From Macrostomum lignano (Eukaryota): a stretch of DNA of 64,000 nucleotides. Position 1 is the stretch's first letter. Each line of letters begins with the position of its first letter. The position numbers and the translations under genes are program-made. Shown here in pieces: positions 1-12,900 of this stretch. The notes under the pieces were generated by a model. It ran no database searches, was not told the origin of the DNA, and saw only the letters and a program-made list of their open reading frames with translations. The stretch spans positions 310,001-374,000 of the forward strand of contig NIVC01000035.1 of the NCBI GenBank assembly GCA_002269645.1, given 5' to 3'.

Positions 1-134
1 AGGTAAGGAGTTGAGCTTGAGAATGAGAGGAGAGTGGCGAAGCAGACAAGGATTTGTAGTGACAATTAATAAGGTGAATTATTGCAGATGAAATCTGCGA
101 TTTCGATTGTTAAAAAGACTATAATGTGCAGCTT

Positions 135-545
135 ACCATCTATCTGTCATCTATCTACCATCTAACTAGCATCTATCTGCCATCTATCTACCATCCAACT
201 AGCATCTATCTGCCATCTATCTGCCATCTATCTACCATCCAACTAGCATCTATCTGCCATCTATCTACCATCCAACTAGCATCTATCTGCCATCTATCTA
301 CCATCCAACTAGCATCTATCTGCCATCTATCTGCCATCTATCTACCATCAAACTAGCATCTATCTACCATCTATCTACCATTTAACTAGCATCTATCTGC
401 CATCTACTTGTCATATATCTACACCCAACTGCCATCTATCTATCATCTATCTACACATAACTGCCATCTATCTACCATCTATCTACCATCTAACTGCCAT
501 CTATCTATCTCCCATTTTCTCGCATCTATCTGCCATCTATCTGCG
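135..545. repeat. Degenerate ATCT-derived minisatellite (ATCTATCTGCCATCTATCTACCATCCAACTAGC-type units)
   Basis: Direct reading. Confidence 0.9.
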
Positions 546-1675
546 TTTCTGGACACAATTCTGCACAAAGTTTAAATTTCGAACATTAAAAAACATCAGA
601 TATATCAATAACACAAAAGACTTGTTTGACAAAACCACCAGTGCAATACTCGTATAGAGGTTTCTGCATCCGAATGCATGTGACAGATTAGTATACCAAC
701 ATATGTATTTCTTTTATTACAAAAGTACGGCACCAAACAGCAAGAGAAGAAGCTTATCTTAATAATAACAATGCCTTCGAAAAAATGCTGCAAATTTTTC
801 TAAGTGGTTCGTGAAAAATTCCGACTAAAATTGTACTTTTTGGAGAGTGAAAACGCTTTATGAAATATCGGATTTTGGGAATGATTTGTTGTGTTGCACA
901 GCGCTGAATGAGTCTTGGCCATAGACAACTTCGTCTAGGGAACAATGGCTAAAGCAGCTCTCCTCTCTTTAATCTCCTCTCTTCTCTTTTCCTAGTTCAA
1001 GTTTCCACTCCTCAATATCCGAGTTTTATCTTTCCTCCCCTGTTTTCCGAGCCATGCAAAATGACACAGAAAAATCAAAGACAGAATTAGCAATTGTTTT
1101 GGCTTTCAATATCAGCTCGGCTCTCTCCTTGCCCATTTTAGGTCTTCTGGGATGATGAAGATGGAAGAAATTGACGCTATAGCCTTGAATAATTAAAGCA
1201 ATTTGAACAGCGTATAGTATAGAGCAAAGGGAGAGTGAAGAGGGGCCAAGAAAATTAGTCCGATATTGAAGGAAACAAGCGGCTTTCCCTTCCGCAGCTG
1301 CTGCTGCAGTTTGCGTTTGCTTCTGCTGACTTTTGGGAGGCGGCCGAGAAGGAGGGGCCACAAAGGGAAGTGAAAACTGGCAGCATGAAAGCCCAGTAAG
1401 ACGTCGGGGCCTATGTGTGTGTGTGACTCACGCCAGCCACTCTCTGGCCCTCCTTCTCTTCCCTCCTCTCTGCTGCAAGTGAGGCTGCTGCCTGTCTCCA
1501 ATTTCACCTTTGAAATCGCGCTTCTGCCGCCTCTCGCGGTGTCACTCGCTGGCTCTCGCACACGGGAAGACTCTGATCTGTGCTCTTGTTCAAAACAAAC
1601 TGTTGGACATTGAAGCCGGTGATGGATAGAAGCCAGAGGTCGCGACGCACGATTGACAGTACTGTATCTAGCTCG

Positions 1676-2694
<1,019 letters not shown>

Positions 2695-3716
2695 CGTCCT
2701 TCTTTTTTTCTATCTTTGTTTTACTGTAGCACACTTGCAATCTCGAAGACAATATAAGAAATGGAAAAGCTCGGTACGTGAGCAAACACCTCTCAGAGCT
2801 GACATCCAGCCTGTCTATATAAACTGGATTCCCCAGACCCCCTGACTGTCTCATTGCTTTCCAACTTCACATTGGGGAATGCAAATAAGAAGTGCCAAGG
2901 CTTGCAATACAGAGGCCAGCTACCACACCCACATTGGTATTTGTGCTAGTATTGACTTAGGACTCAAGTAAGGACTCCGGTGTATTCAGAAGGTTACAAT
3001 CCCAGACAGCACAATGAGGTTAGAGACCCAACCCCAGTCTTAAAACTTACTAAAACTTTTTTGTCATTTATTATATATACTGTTTAATAGTGAGACTGCC
3101 GTGCAATGCAAGACAGTCGTCATATACGGAAGTGAAATGGAAAATTAATAAGTTTTCAAATGCAGTATTTTTTGTTCTCAATGAAGTTCCATGGTTTTGT
3201 TGGCTTTCTCGTTCCACGAAAGCACGCAATGAAGGAACTTGCCTCATTGACCTGTACCTCCATGTCTAACAACTTATATTCATTCAGTTTTTAGCTGACT
3301 ACAACAATTGGGCATGACAATACAGCATCGCAATCAGTGGGGAGAGACGAAGTTTAGAAGAAATAACGAATTAGGAGCATGGTATGAAACAAGCAGAAGC
3401 AAGACAAGAAATAAAGAAAAAACACTTGAGAACTAAGTGCCTCAAAACTTTTTCGCATACAGAGGGATGAGGCGGTCGGCCTAATTAGCCCGAAAGAGAT
3501 GCCAAGAAGAAGCCAAAAAATGTGGAGCAAATTCAAAAATTTTCTTTGCTGCTTTCGGTTTTTTTAAATAAAAAACGTGGACACTAAGAAAGTGATACAT
3601 CTTCAATTACTTGTCAAGGAGGCTTATAATACATGTAATTAAACTGCATTATGGCTTTTTAAGTAGCTTTGAGCATAGCAAAAATTCAAACAAGAGTGGA
3701 GGAAAGAAAATGATAA

Positions 3717-4124
3717 GAGGAGAGGAGAGGAGAGGAGAGGAGAGGAGAGGAGAGGAGAGGAGAGGACAGGAGAGGAGAGTAGAGGAGAGGAGAGGAGAGG
3801 CGAGGAGAGGAGAGGAGAGGAGAGGAGAGGACAGGAGAGGAGAGGAGAGGAGAGGAGAGGAGAGGAGAGGAGAGGAGAGAAGAGGAGAGGAGAGGAGAGG
3901 AGAAAGAGAAGAGGAGAGGAGAGGAGAGGAGAGGAGAGGAGAGGAGAGGAGAGGAGAGGAGAGGAGAGGAGAGGAGAGGAGAGGAGAGGAGAGGAGAGGA
4001 GAGGAGAGGAGAGGAGAGGAGAGGAGAGGAGAGGAGAGGAGAGGAGAGGAGTGGAGAGGAGAGGAGAGGAGAGGAGAAGAGAGGAGAGGAGAGGAGAGGA
4101 GAGGAGAGGGGAGGGGAGGAGAGG
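3717..4124. repeat. (GAGAG)n pentamer array
   Basis: Direct reading. Confidence 0.97.
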
Positions 4125-4794
4125 AAAGCAAAAACTCAGATATGAGGACAGAAGAGACGGCAAAGTGCATCGCGCACCAGCACGACAGGCAGGTAACATC
4201 GTCGACAGTTTCCCACATGCATTCACAGCCTATAAGGTTTTGTTCGTGATCTGCTTTCCCCGCATTTTGCTGCAGTGTTTAGCATCGGCAGTTTTTTTAA
4301 CCAGGGCCTCACGCAGACACAGGCAGCCGTGGTTGCAGTCCCTGAACTCCAACGCAGTTGGCCAACAAAAGCTTCAGTGCCTGCCGCATGGTTTCCAAGT
4401 TTGTTTGTTAAAGCCCAAACATCCTCATTGGCACAGGAAGAACTTTGAGCACAGCCCGCATCGCTTTAAAGGCGATTGGGTTGCTGAATAAAGTTTTTTT
4501 TCAAAAAACCGACGGGAGAATTTTGCATTTTTTGCTTGCTCAAAGCTACTCAAAATAGCTATAATACAGTTTAATTACCTGTGTTACAGGCCTCTTTTGC
4601 AAGTCACTGAAGCGGTATCATTTTCTTAGTGGTCTGTTTTTATTTTAAAAAACCGACAACAGCAAAGAAATTTCCGAATTTTCTTTTGCTTCGCTTGCCC
4701 TGCCGTTTCCTTTTTTGACTTTCGTTGCATCTCTTTTTGGGCTAATTTAGCTTTGCCCTTCTCTCTCTACCCATATGAGTGTCATATTTTATTT

Positions 4795-5143
4795 CCTCTC
4801 CTCTCCTCTCCTCTCCTCTCCTCTCCTCTCCTCTCCTCTTCTCTCCTCTCCTCTCCTCTCCCCTCCTCTCCTCTCCTCTCCTCTCCTCTCCTCTCCTCTT
4901 CTCTCCTCTCCTCTCCTCTCCTCTCCTCTCCTCTCCTCTCCTCTCCTCTCCTCTCCTCTCCTCTCTCCTCTCTCCTCTCCTCTCCTCTTCTCTCCTCTCC
5001 TCTCCTCTCCTCTTCTCTCCTCTCCTCTCCTCTCCTCTCCTCTCCTCTCCTCTCCTCTCCTCTCCTCTCCTCTCCTCTCCTCTCCTCTCCTCTCCTCTCC
5101 TCTCCTCTTCTCTCCTCTCTTCTCCTGTGTCCTCCTCTCCTCT
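4795..5143. repeat. (CTCTC)n pentamer array, reverse complement of 3717-4124
   Basis: Direct reading. Confidence 0.97.
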
Positions 5144-6139
5144 CATCTCATTTTTCTCCTTTCCTCTTTTCTCCTCTCCCATGCCAACCCTCAACCTCTC
5201 TATACTAGCCTCCTTATCAAATTGAAAGCAATGGCGGGCACTCAGCCGCTCACAGGGAGCACGCGCAGCACATTCGATCAGGACCAGCCTCCACTTCAAG
5301 CTGCATCGGTACTTAGTTCTTTTCAATCTTATTTTTTACCCCTGTTCTCACCTCTCTCTCTCCCTCTCTCCCTCTCTCTCTCTCGTGCTCCATTCTTAGT
5401 AACAGCAATTGAGCTTTAGCGAGCTTGACTTAAAAGCCAAAATTATATAATTTTATTTTCACGCGCCGTTGGTTACAGTGTTAGGCCTCAAATTTTATTA
5501 TACGTAGGCAGGAGTCCAACTTCTTTTTTAAGAACTTCGCCACTTTTTCGCTCTCTCCAGTCTCTCTCTCTCTCTTTTCTTCAAGAGGCCAGTCTTGTTC
5601 CGGGTATGTTGCGAAAGAGGCTGTTATGTCTGCTTCACTGCGCCGCGTTAACAGGGGATAACAGAGAGTTAACTTCCCCTTTTTGGCTTCGGATAGAACC
5701 CAACCTATACGCGAGTAGGCCTCAGTGTTGAGTACAGTAAGCTCCGATATAATGTACACGTAATTGGATGAAAGCATGTTAGGTAGAGCCGAGAAATTCA
5801 CGGTCAATATCGGATCTATACCCGTATGTGTATAGATCTGCTGTCTGCAACCTGCAGTGTTGCTGAGTTTTAATTAACCCATGAGAGGGAAGGAAGGATA
5901 AGACAGCGGAGTACAGCATCCCGCCTTGTCTCATTGATTCTAAAAAAAATTTTGAACTGTATTTTTCCCTAACTTCGAATGCCGCGTTTAATTTCTAGAA
6001 ATGTTAAAATACCACTGTATGAAAGTGTGAGACTGTGCCATGGGATCTCTGCGCCATAAACTCCGATATCTTCTCTCCGCGCTACTCATCTCCAGCTCTT
6101 CACTCTCTTTTCTCGGTCCCAGTAGCCCCTTATTTATCC

Positions 6140-6275
6140 ACTCTTATCTTATCTCTTCGCTCAGATCTTGTCTCTCTAACTCTTATCTTATCTCTCCGTT
6201 CTTATCTTACCTCTACAAACTCTTATCTTATCTCTCCGTTCTTATCTTATCTCTCCGTTCTTATCTCATTTCTCT
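6140..6275. repeat. Short TCTTATCTTATCTCTCCGT-type array
   Basis: Direct reading. Confidence 0.8.
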
Positions 6276-6884
6276 ACTCTTCTCTCCCTATATCACCCAT
6301 TCCCCTCATATCGCCCCTTCCTTTCAAAAGGCCTCACCTGACAGTCTGACGCATCTGCCCCCTAAACACCAGAGTTTTGCAACGGCAAAAGTTCGAAACA
6401 CAGAGATAAGGCAACTACGGACCATTCGACTTCATGGTAATCTCATCAAACTCTGAAGGCAGCGATACACCTCGCTTCATAAACCATGCACACCGCTTTG
6501 AAAAATTCCCTTTCTTAGAATTTAAACCATCCTTTGGGCTACGGCAACTGGCCCGTGTTGCACAGACTAAGGATAATTAGTCTCAAGTGCTGCATCGACC
6601 TTGGCTGCAAACCTTGGCAAGGGAAACGGCCATATGTAAAATGCACTGTAGGCGCAAGCGACTGCTGACTGCTTCTAAAAGCTGATGAAGCAGCAATTAT
6701 TGATAATGACTATGGAGCTGCATGCTGTAGCTATCCAGTTTGGGTTCCGAACTGAGCGGAGCGAGGGAATTTATTACCCAATCTAATTATCGGCATTTCG
6801 GCCGGTTACGTCAGCGACTTCTTCTGTCTTAGCATAGAGGCCTCGTGTATACCTTGTCTGCTGTTCGTCTCTTCCCTTCTGTTC

Positions 6885-7370
6885 CCCTCTGCACTCTCCC
6901 CTCTCCATTCTCCCCACTCCTCTCTCCATTCTCCTCATTCCTCTCTCCCCTCTCCCAAATCCCCTCTCCATTCTCCCCACTACTCTCTCCATTCTCCCCA
7001 ATCCCCTCTCCATTCTCCCCACTCCCCTCTCCATTCTCCCACTACTCTCTCCCTCGCCCCTCTCCTCTCATCTCTCCTCTCTCCTCTCTCTTCTCTCCTC
7101 CTCTCTCCTCTCTTATCTCTCCTCTCTCCTCTATTATCTCTCCTATCTTCTCTGTCCTCTTTCCTCTACTCTCTCTCTCCTCTCCACTCTCCACTCCTCT
7201 CTCTCTGATCTTCTCTCCCCTCTCCTCTCTCTCCTCTCCCCCTCTCTCCTCCTCTCCCCTCCTCTCTTCCCTCTTTCCTCTCTCATCTTCTCTTTTCCTC
7301 TCTCCTTTCTCCTTCTCTCTCTCCTCTCTCCTCTCCCCTCTCTCTCCTCTCTCCTCTCTACTCTCACCCA
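6885..7370. repeat. CT-rich array (CCCTCTCCATTCTCCCCACT-type units grading into CTCTC low complexity)
   Basis: Direct reading. Confidence 0.9.
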
Positions 7371-7994
7371 TTCCATCTTTTTAAAACGGTTATTTCTGCA
7401 GTGCGGCGGCAAGCATGAAAGAAAAAATCTTTTCTTTTCACAGACTAAACAAAGACCTACAAAGTAGACTAAGATCTATAGGTTTGCTAAGAACGAAAAC
7501 TCTCTAGAGAATCAGGATAAAGAAGGGAGGGATAGCAGTGAATATAAACCTAACTGCACACTCTCGCAAACCCAAACCGGCCTTCTGTGCCAAGACAAAC
7601 ATTTATTTTCTCTATGAGGACGATTCAAGCTCCACAGGCCTGGGGGGTGGGGGTCAAAAAACATGAGTTGTATCGCATTTTCCTCTCTTGGGAAATTAGT
7701 CCCACTGCCTCCACAGGACTAGACTGGCACCTTGGATTAATTATTTTACTCTGTCCTAATTTGCGCAACTATACTTTGGCCCCCAAGCAGATCAGCAATT
7801 AGTGTTAGACTGACCCCAGTCTCAGCAGGCATTCCATTCTATCGAAAACTTTTCGGAATCTGCCCACCAACACCAGTTGGCTAAAGGTTGCTAAGCTAAC
7901 TGGTCTCGAAAATTCAAAGATGAAAATGAAGCCAAATTCCCAGCAGGTAGTAAAAATTTGGGGAGAAAAGGCAGAGAGACAGGAAAGATGGAAT

Positions 7995-8739
7995 AGCCAG
8001 TCAGTCAGTCAGTCAGTCAGTCAGTCAGCCAGTCAGTCAGTCAGTCAATCAGTCAGTCAGTCAGTCAGTCAGTCAATCAGTCAGTCAGTCAGTCAGTCAG
8101 TCAGTCAGTCAGTCAGTCAGTCAGTCAGTCAGTCAGTCAGTCAGTCAGTCAGTCAGTCAGTCAGTCAGTCAGCCAGTCAGTCAGTCAGTCAGTCAGTCAG
8201 TCAGTCAGTCAGTCAGTCAGTCAGTCAGTCAGTCAGTCAGTCAGCCAGTCAGTCAGTCAGTCAGTCAGTCAGTCAGTCAGTCAGTCAGTCAGTCAGTCAG
8301 TCAGTCAGTCAGTCAGTCAGTCAGTCAGTCAGTCAGTCAGTCAGTCAATCAGTCAGTCAGTCAGTCAGTCAGTCAGTCAGTCAGTCAGTCAGTCAGTCAG
8401 TCAGTCAGTCAGTCAGTCAGTCAGTCAGTCAGTCAGTCAGTCAGTCAGTCAGTCAGTCAGTCAGTCAGTCAGCCAGTCAGTCAGTCAGTCAGTCAGTCAG
8501 TCAGTCAGTCAGTCAGTCAATCAGTCAGTCAGTCAGTCAGTCAGTCAGTCAGTCAGTCAGTCAGTCAGTCAGTCAGTCAGTCAGTCAGTCAGTCAGTCAG
8601 TCAGTCAGTCAGTCAGTCAGTCAGTCAGTCAGTCAGTCAGTCAGTCAGTCAGTCAGTCAGTCAGTCAGTCAGTCAGTCAGTCAGTCAGTCAGTCAGTCAG
8701 TCAGTCAGTCAGTCAGCCAGTCAGTCAGTCAGTCAGTCA
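7995..8739. repeat. (AGTC)n microsatellite
   Basis: Direct reading. Confidence 0.98.
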
Positions 8740-9293
8740 CTCCAGGCTGAGGTTCAAATCTCCCTGGCCAGGCAAGGCTTTCTGCCTGGAATTTTACAAC
8801 ATCGCGTGCCAACAAAGTCTGCCTCATCGCACTCAGGCGCCCCTTGGCTCCTCCTCCTCCCGGTTTTCGGCACTGAAAGTGAGGAAGCAATCCCGGTAAT
8901 GACTCGAGCCCACGACAAGAAACCCGCGATCCACGGACAGTTTAGTAAAACAAAGCTCGCCAGCTATACAAGAGAGAAAAAAGCCGAAAAATCTTTCCAA
9001 ACATCGTCATGCTGAATGGCACACTGTTTGCCCGCAGTCCAACCCTCCCGTGCTGTGCATCCGACACTTCCTTCCTCGCCCGAGCTCCGCGTGAGTTTTC
9101 TGCCTTGTCCAGACGCAAAAAGCGAAATTGAAATTGGCAAAATTTAAAGTAGCCGGTCTTTACTTTGCTGCCCCTACCCCCGAGTCTAAAAAGAGATTGG
9201 GGAATTGCTTTTATGCGTTTGCTGCTTTGTGACACCTTTCAGCGGAAGGAATAACCATAAACACGTGGTTGCGTTGTAGCTGGTCATAAAAAG

Positions 9294-9490
9294 ACAGGTA
9301 AATAGAGGTCATGGACAGGTCAAGTAATAGAGGTCTTAGACAGGTAATAAAATAAATGTCATTAGACAAATCACAGAATAGAGGTCATAAACAGGCCATA
9401 GAATAGAGGTCATAGAAGGCTAAGTAATAGGGGTCATGGGCAGGTCAGGTACATGTAATAGAGATCAGGTAGCTGATTTTGACAGGTGAT
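9294..9490. repeat. Degenerate ~20-bp array (ACAGGT.AATAGAGGTCAT)
   Basis: Repeated AGAGGTCAT/ACAGGT motifs. Confidence 0.7.
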
Positions 9491-9618
9491 CTCAGTCGTA
9501 CAGTCATACTCAGGCAGGTAATTTGACAGCCATGATATCGAAGCTATTCCGAAATTTAAATACTAACCTCTCAAAATAAGGATTTCTTTGGTTAAGCATC
9601 AACTTTATGAAATTGCAG

Positions 9619-9978
9619 GCTCAGCATCGGCGGAAGTTGCCGCTCTGACGCTACGAATGAGCGCCGGTCCTCAAACCGACATTCAACCAGGAGGTCGAGT
9701 TGACATCAGCTGCGCTTTCGACCCTCCGGCAACTTACATATTCTGGCGGTTCTCGTCTAACAACGGCGTCACCTGGAACAAACTGGCTCTGTGCCACGCC
9801 GATTCAGGCAAGTGCAGCCTGCAGGAGCAGTTCAAGAATTGGACAGATAGGCTGGCCACCCGAGTTAATGGCAGTCTGACTCTGTGGAACGCCAGCAAAG
9901 AGCAGGATGGCGTCTACGAGTGCGAAGGCATTCGGAATACTGATGCGGCTAAGGATAACCGCAGCATCACCATTGTCA
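9619..9978 (+). CDS. Echinoid-like exon: N-terminal V-type Ig domain (Ig1)
   Basis: ttgcag|GC ... GTC A|gtgagt, phase 1-1; GGRVDISC..YIFWRF..QDGVYECEG. Confidence 0.9.
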
Positions 9979-12900
9979 GTGAGTTATCCTAGCGCAATGT
10001 CCTTTTTTATCCGTTATTTAATACCAATTATACAGGTAGAAAGGCAGTTACTAAAGCTTGATGCTTCCGTAAAATTTAATAAAATTCAAATTCGCGCCAA
10101 AGCAAAATTTGAACAATATTAAAATATCACTTTAACAAACTGAAACCTTCCCGGTGTTAAAAGGTTGTTTAAAAATGGCACGAATTTTAAATGATTTTTC
10201 ATACACTGTACGGTAGGGACACTGAGGAATGTACGCTGAACAGAACTTGATTGGAGCGAGGTTGGCTTGTCCGCTTTAATACGAATGTACATTCGGGTAG
10301 AGAAGAAAGGGGGAAATCCAAATCGTGCATCGAATTGGGGGGGGGGGTTGTAGGAGAGAGTTTTTGCGTACATCGGTTTTGACTAGAGAGATAAGAGTGT
10401 ACATACAATCGCTGATTTTTTTATTAGAGGTTAGCTAAACTATAAATAGACCGTTTTTATCAGACTGCACAGGTGTACATACGATAGCCTAAAAGTATAT
10501 TGACTAGCCCGTGTTTGTTTATCTTGTTACTAAGCTAAAAAAACATTGAAAGAACGCAAGGAACCTGGAGCTTTCCGCAGCTTAGTGCACTCACTCGCCC
10601 TAAGGCAAGAGCCTGTCTACCTATGCCCACCTACGCAATCAGTTCAATAAGTGGTCACCCAGCAGAGCAGGGCCGAGTCCTTAGAATCTCTCTACTTCTA
10701 TAGACACAGGTGTTAACCACGTGGCTGCTGATACCAATCACTGTGCGAGGGCTTCATCTCTTTGCAAGGGGGGGGGGCATGACACGATGAGCGAACAACA
10801 GCCAACGCTGTCTGTTGACGGCTGAAGCCTTCTAAAAGCAAAGCAAAATTGGAGAGATTGAAATCTGATGCACTTGCTTGCCTATAATTAAGTAATTTAG
10901 AAAATTAAAGACAAAGTGGAATCTTTTCGCTGCGTGCGAGACCTGTTTCACTGTTAAGAATTGGCTGGCTTCCACTAAAAGGAGTTGATTATAGGTTTCT
11001 GGTGAATCATTTTTCTGCTACAAATTGAAATTGTTGCTCAAAGCGCAGGCAAAACTAGATAAGAGAAATGCCCCCCACTTTCATTGTTTTGAGTTGAGCT
11101 GAGCTTGCATGCTTGACGTGACGCAAATTTCTATGCTCTCATAATTGTTTCCTGCCAAGCTTGGTCTCAAGTCATGCATGATGCTTAGTGGAACCTGAGC
11201 AGTGTGGGGAATCCGCAGAAATGTCTAAAGAGACTGAGCTGGGGCTTGGGCTCGATGCAGTGGAAAACGTTCAGCTGCAAAGTGAGACTGATTGAGATTA
11301 AAAATATCACAATAGGAGTATTGTGGCTGGGAGGTTTTGTGAAAGTTAGAGACAGAAAGTGACAGATAGAAAGTGAGAGATAGAAGTGAGAGATAGAAAG
11401 TGAGAGATAGACAGTGACAGATAGAAAGTGTCAGACAGAAAATGTCAGATAGAAAGTGAGCGATAGAAAGTGAGAGATAGAAAGTGACAGATAGAAAGTG
11501 AGAGATAGAAGTGAGAGATAGAAATTGAGAGATAGAAAGTGAGAGATAGACAGTGACAGATAGAAAGTGTCAGACAGAAAATGTCAGATAGAAAGTGAGC
11601 GATAGAAAGTGAGAGATAGACAGTGACAGATAGAAAGTGTCAGACAGAAAATGTCAGATAGAAAGTGAGAGACAAAAGGTGTCAGATAGAAAGTGACAGA
11701 TAGAAAGTGACAGATAGAAAGTGACAGATAGAAAGTGACAGATAGAAAGTGACAGATAGAAAATGTCAGATAGAAAGTGACAGATAGAAAGTGACAGATA
11801 GAAAATGTCAGATAGAAAGTGACAGATAGAAAGTGACAGATAGAAAGTGACAGATAGAAAATGTCAGATAGAAAGTGACAGATAGAAAGTGACAGATAGA
11901 ATTCGAGAGATAAAAAGCGAGAACTCCCAAGGTAATAAACAAAACAGCTGAAGAGATTTGAAGACAAGAGAGGGAATAAATCTCACAGCTACAGAATAAC
12001 ATACGCAATCAACTCGCGTCCATAAGCGGCAATAAATCATTTCTGACTACAGATGCGATAATTATCAGAAACTGCCTCCCACAAGAGAAGCGCAAGTTTC
12101 TGTGCACCAACTCGACTAAAAGACAGATGGAGAGGGGCGACCACCCCTGTTCAAGACGCACAATGTTTTCTACGCATTAAATTTCTCTTACAAGCTCTGT
12201 CTCTTTCTGGTTGTCAATGTTGCTTATTATTTTTTTAGTTGCTTGTGGGTGGTCACAGAGGCGGCGCGGAAGGCTTGGCTTGTTGAGCACGAATAAGAAG
12301 GCTTAAGAGGCTTGTATAAGCATAAGAGCAGTAAGCTCGGTAGTTGTCAATCTCTGGGAAACTTTGAGAAGCTTATGAGAATACAGGTCTAAGGGCAATT
12401 ACAATAGGTATTAAGTAAAGCCCTGGTAACTACTTATATTATCCAGTAGATATCATAAAATTAATTTATTAGATGTGCCAGACAATTGAAAAGTGACAGA
12501 ATGGTCTATATGATTGGTTCACTTAGTGCACAGACTGTTACAAGTTGCACTAAAACAGTTTGCTAATGTTTCAATGCACTCTGCTGCTTGTGCAAATGTG
12601 AGTTAGGGTTAAATGTTTCGTATATATGGAACAGAATGCGAGTGTGATTGAGGACAGACAGGGAGGGAAGAGGAGTGACAAGGAGGATTGAGGAGGGACA
12701 AGGAGAAGTGAGGAGTGACAAGGAGGAGTGAGGAGTGACAAGGAGGGAAAAAGAGTGACTAGGAGGAGGGAAGAGGAGTGACAAGGAGGAGTGAGGAGGG
12801 AAAAGGAGGCTAGAGGAGTGACAAGGAGGATTGAGGAGTGACAAGGAGGAGTGAGGAGGGACAAGGAGGAGTGAGGAGTGACAAAGAGGGAAAAAGAGTG

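Noticed and set aside
1026-1361. Minus-strand ORF with poly-Ala/Gln and a hydrophobic stretch (and ORF 5481-5807)
   Set aside because: Non-ATG start, no recognisable domain, and no phase-compatible partner exons found
5813-5838. Small perfect hairpins (5813-5838, ~8768-8789, ~16439-16456, ~22926-22956)
   Set aside because: 7-9-bp stems are expected by chance in 64 kb and have no supporting context
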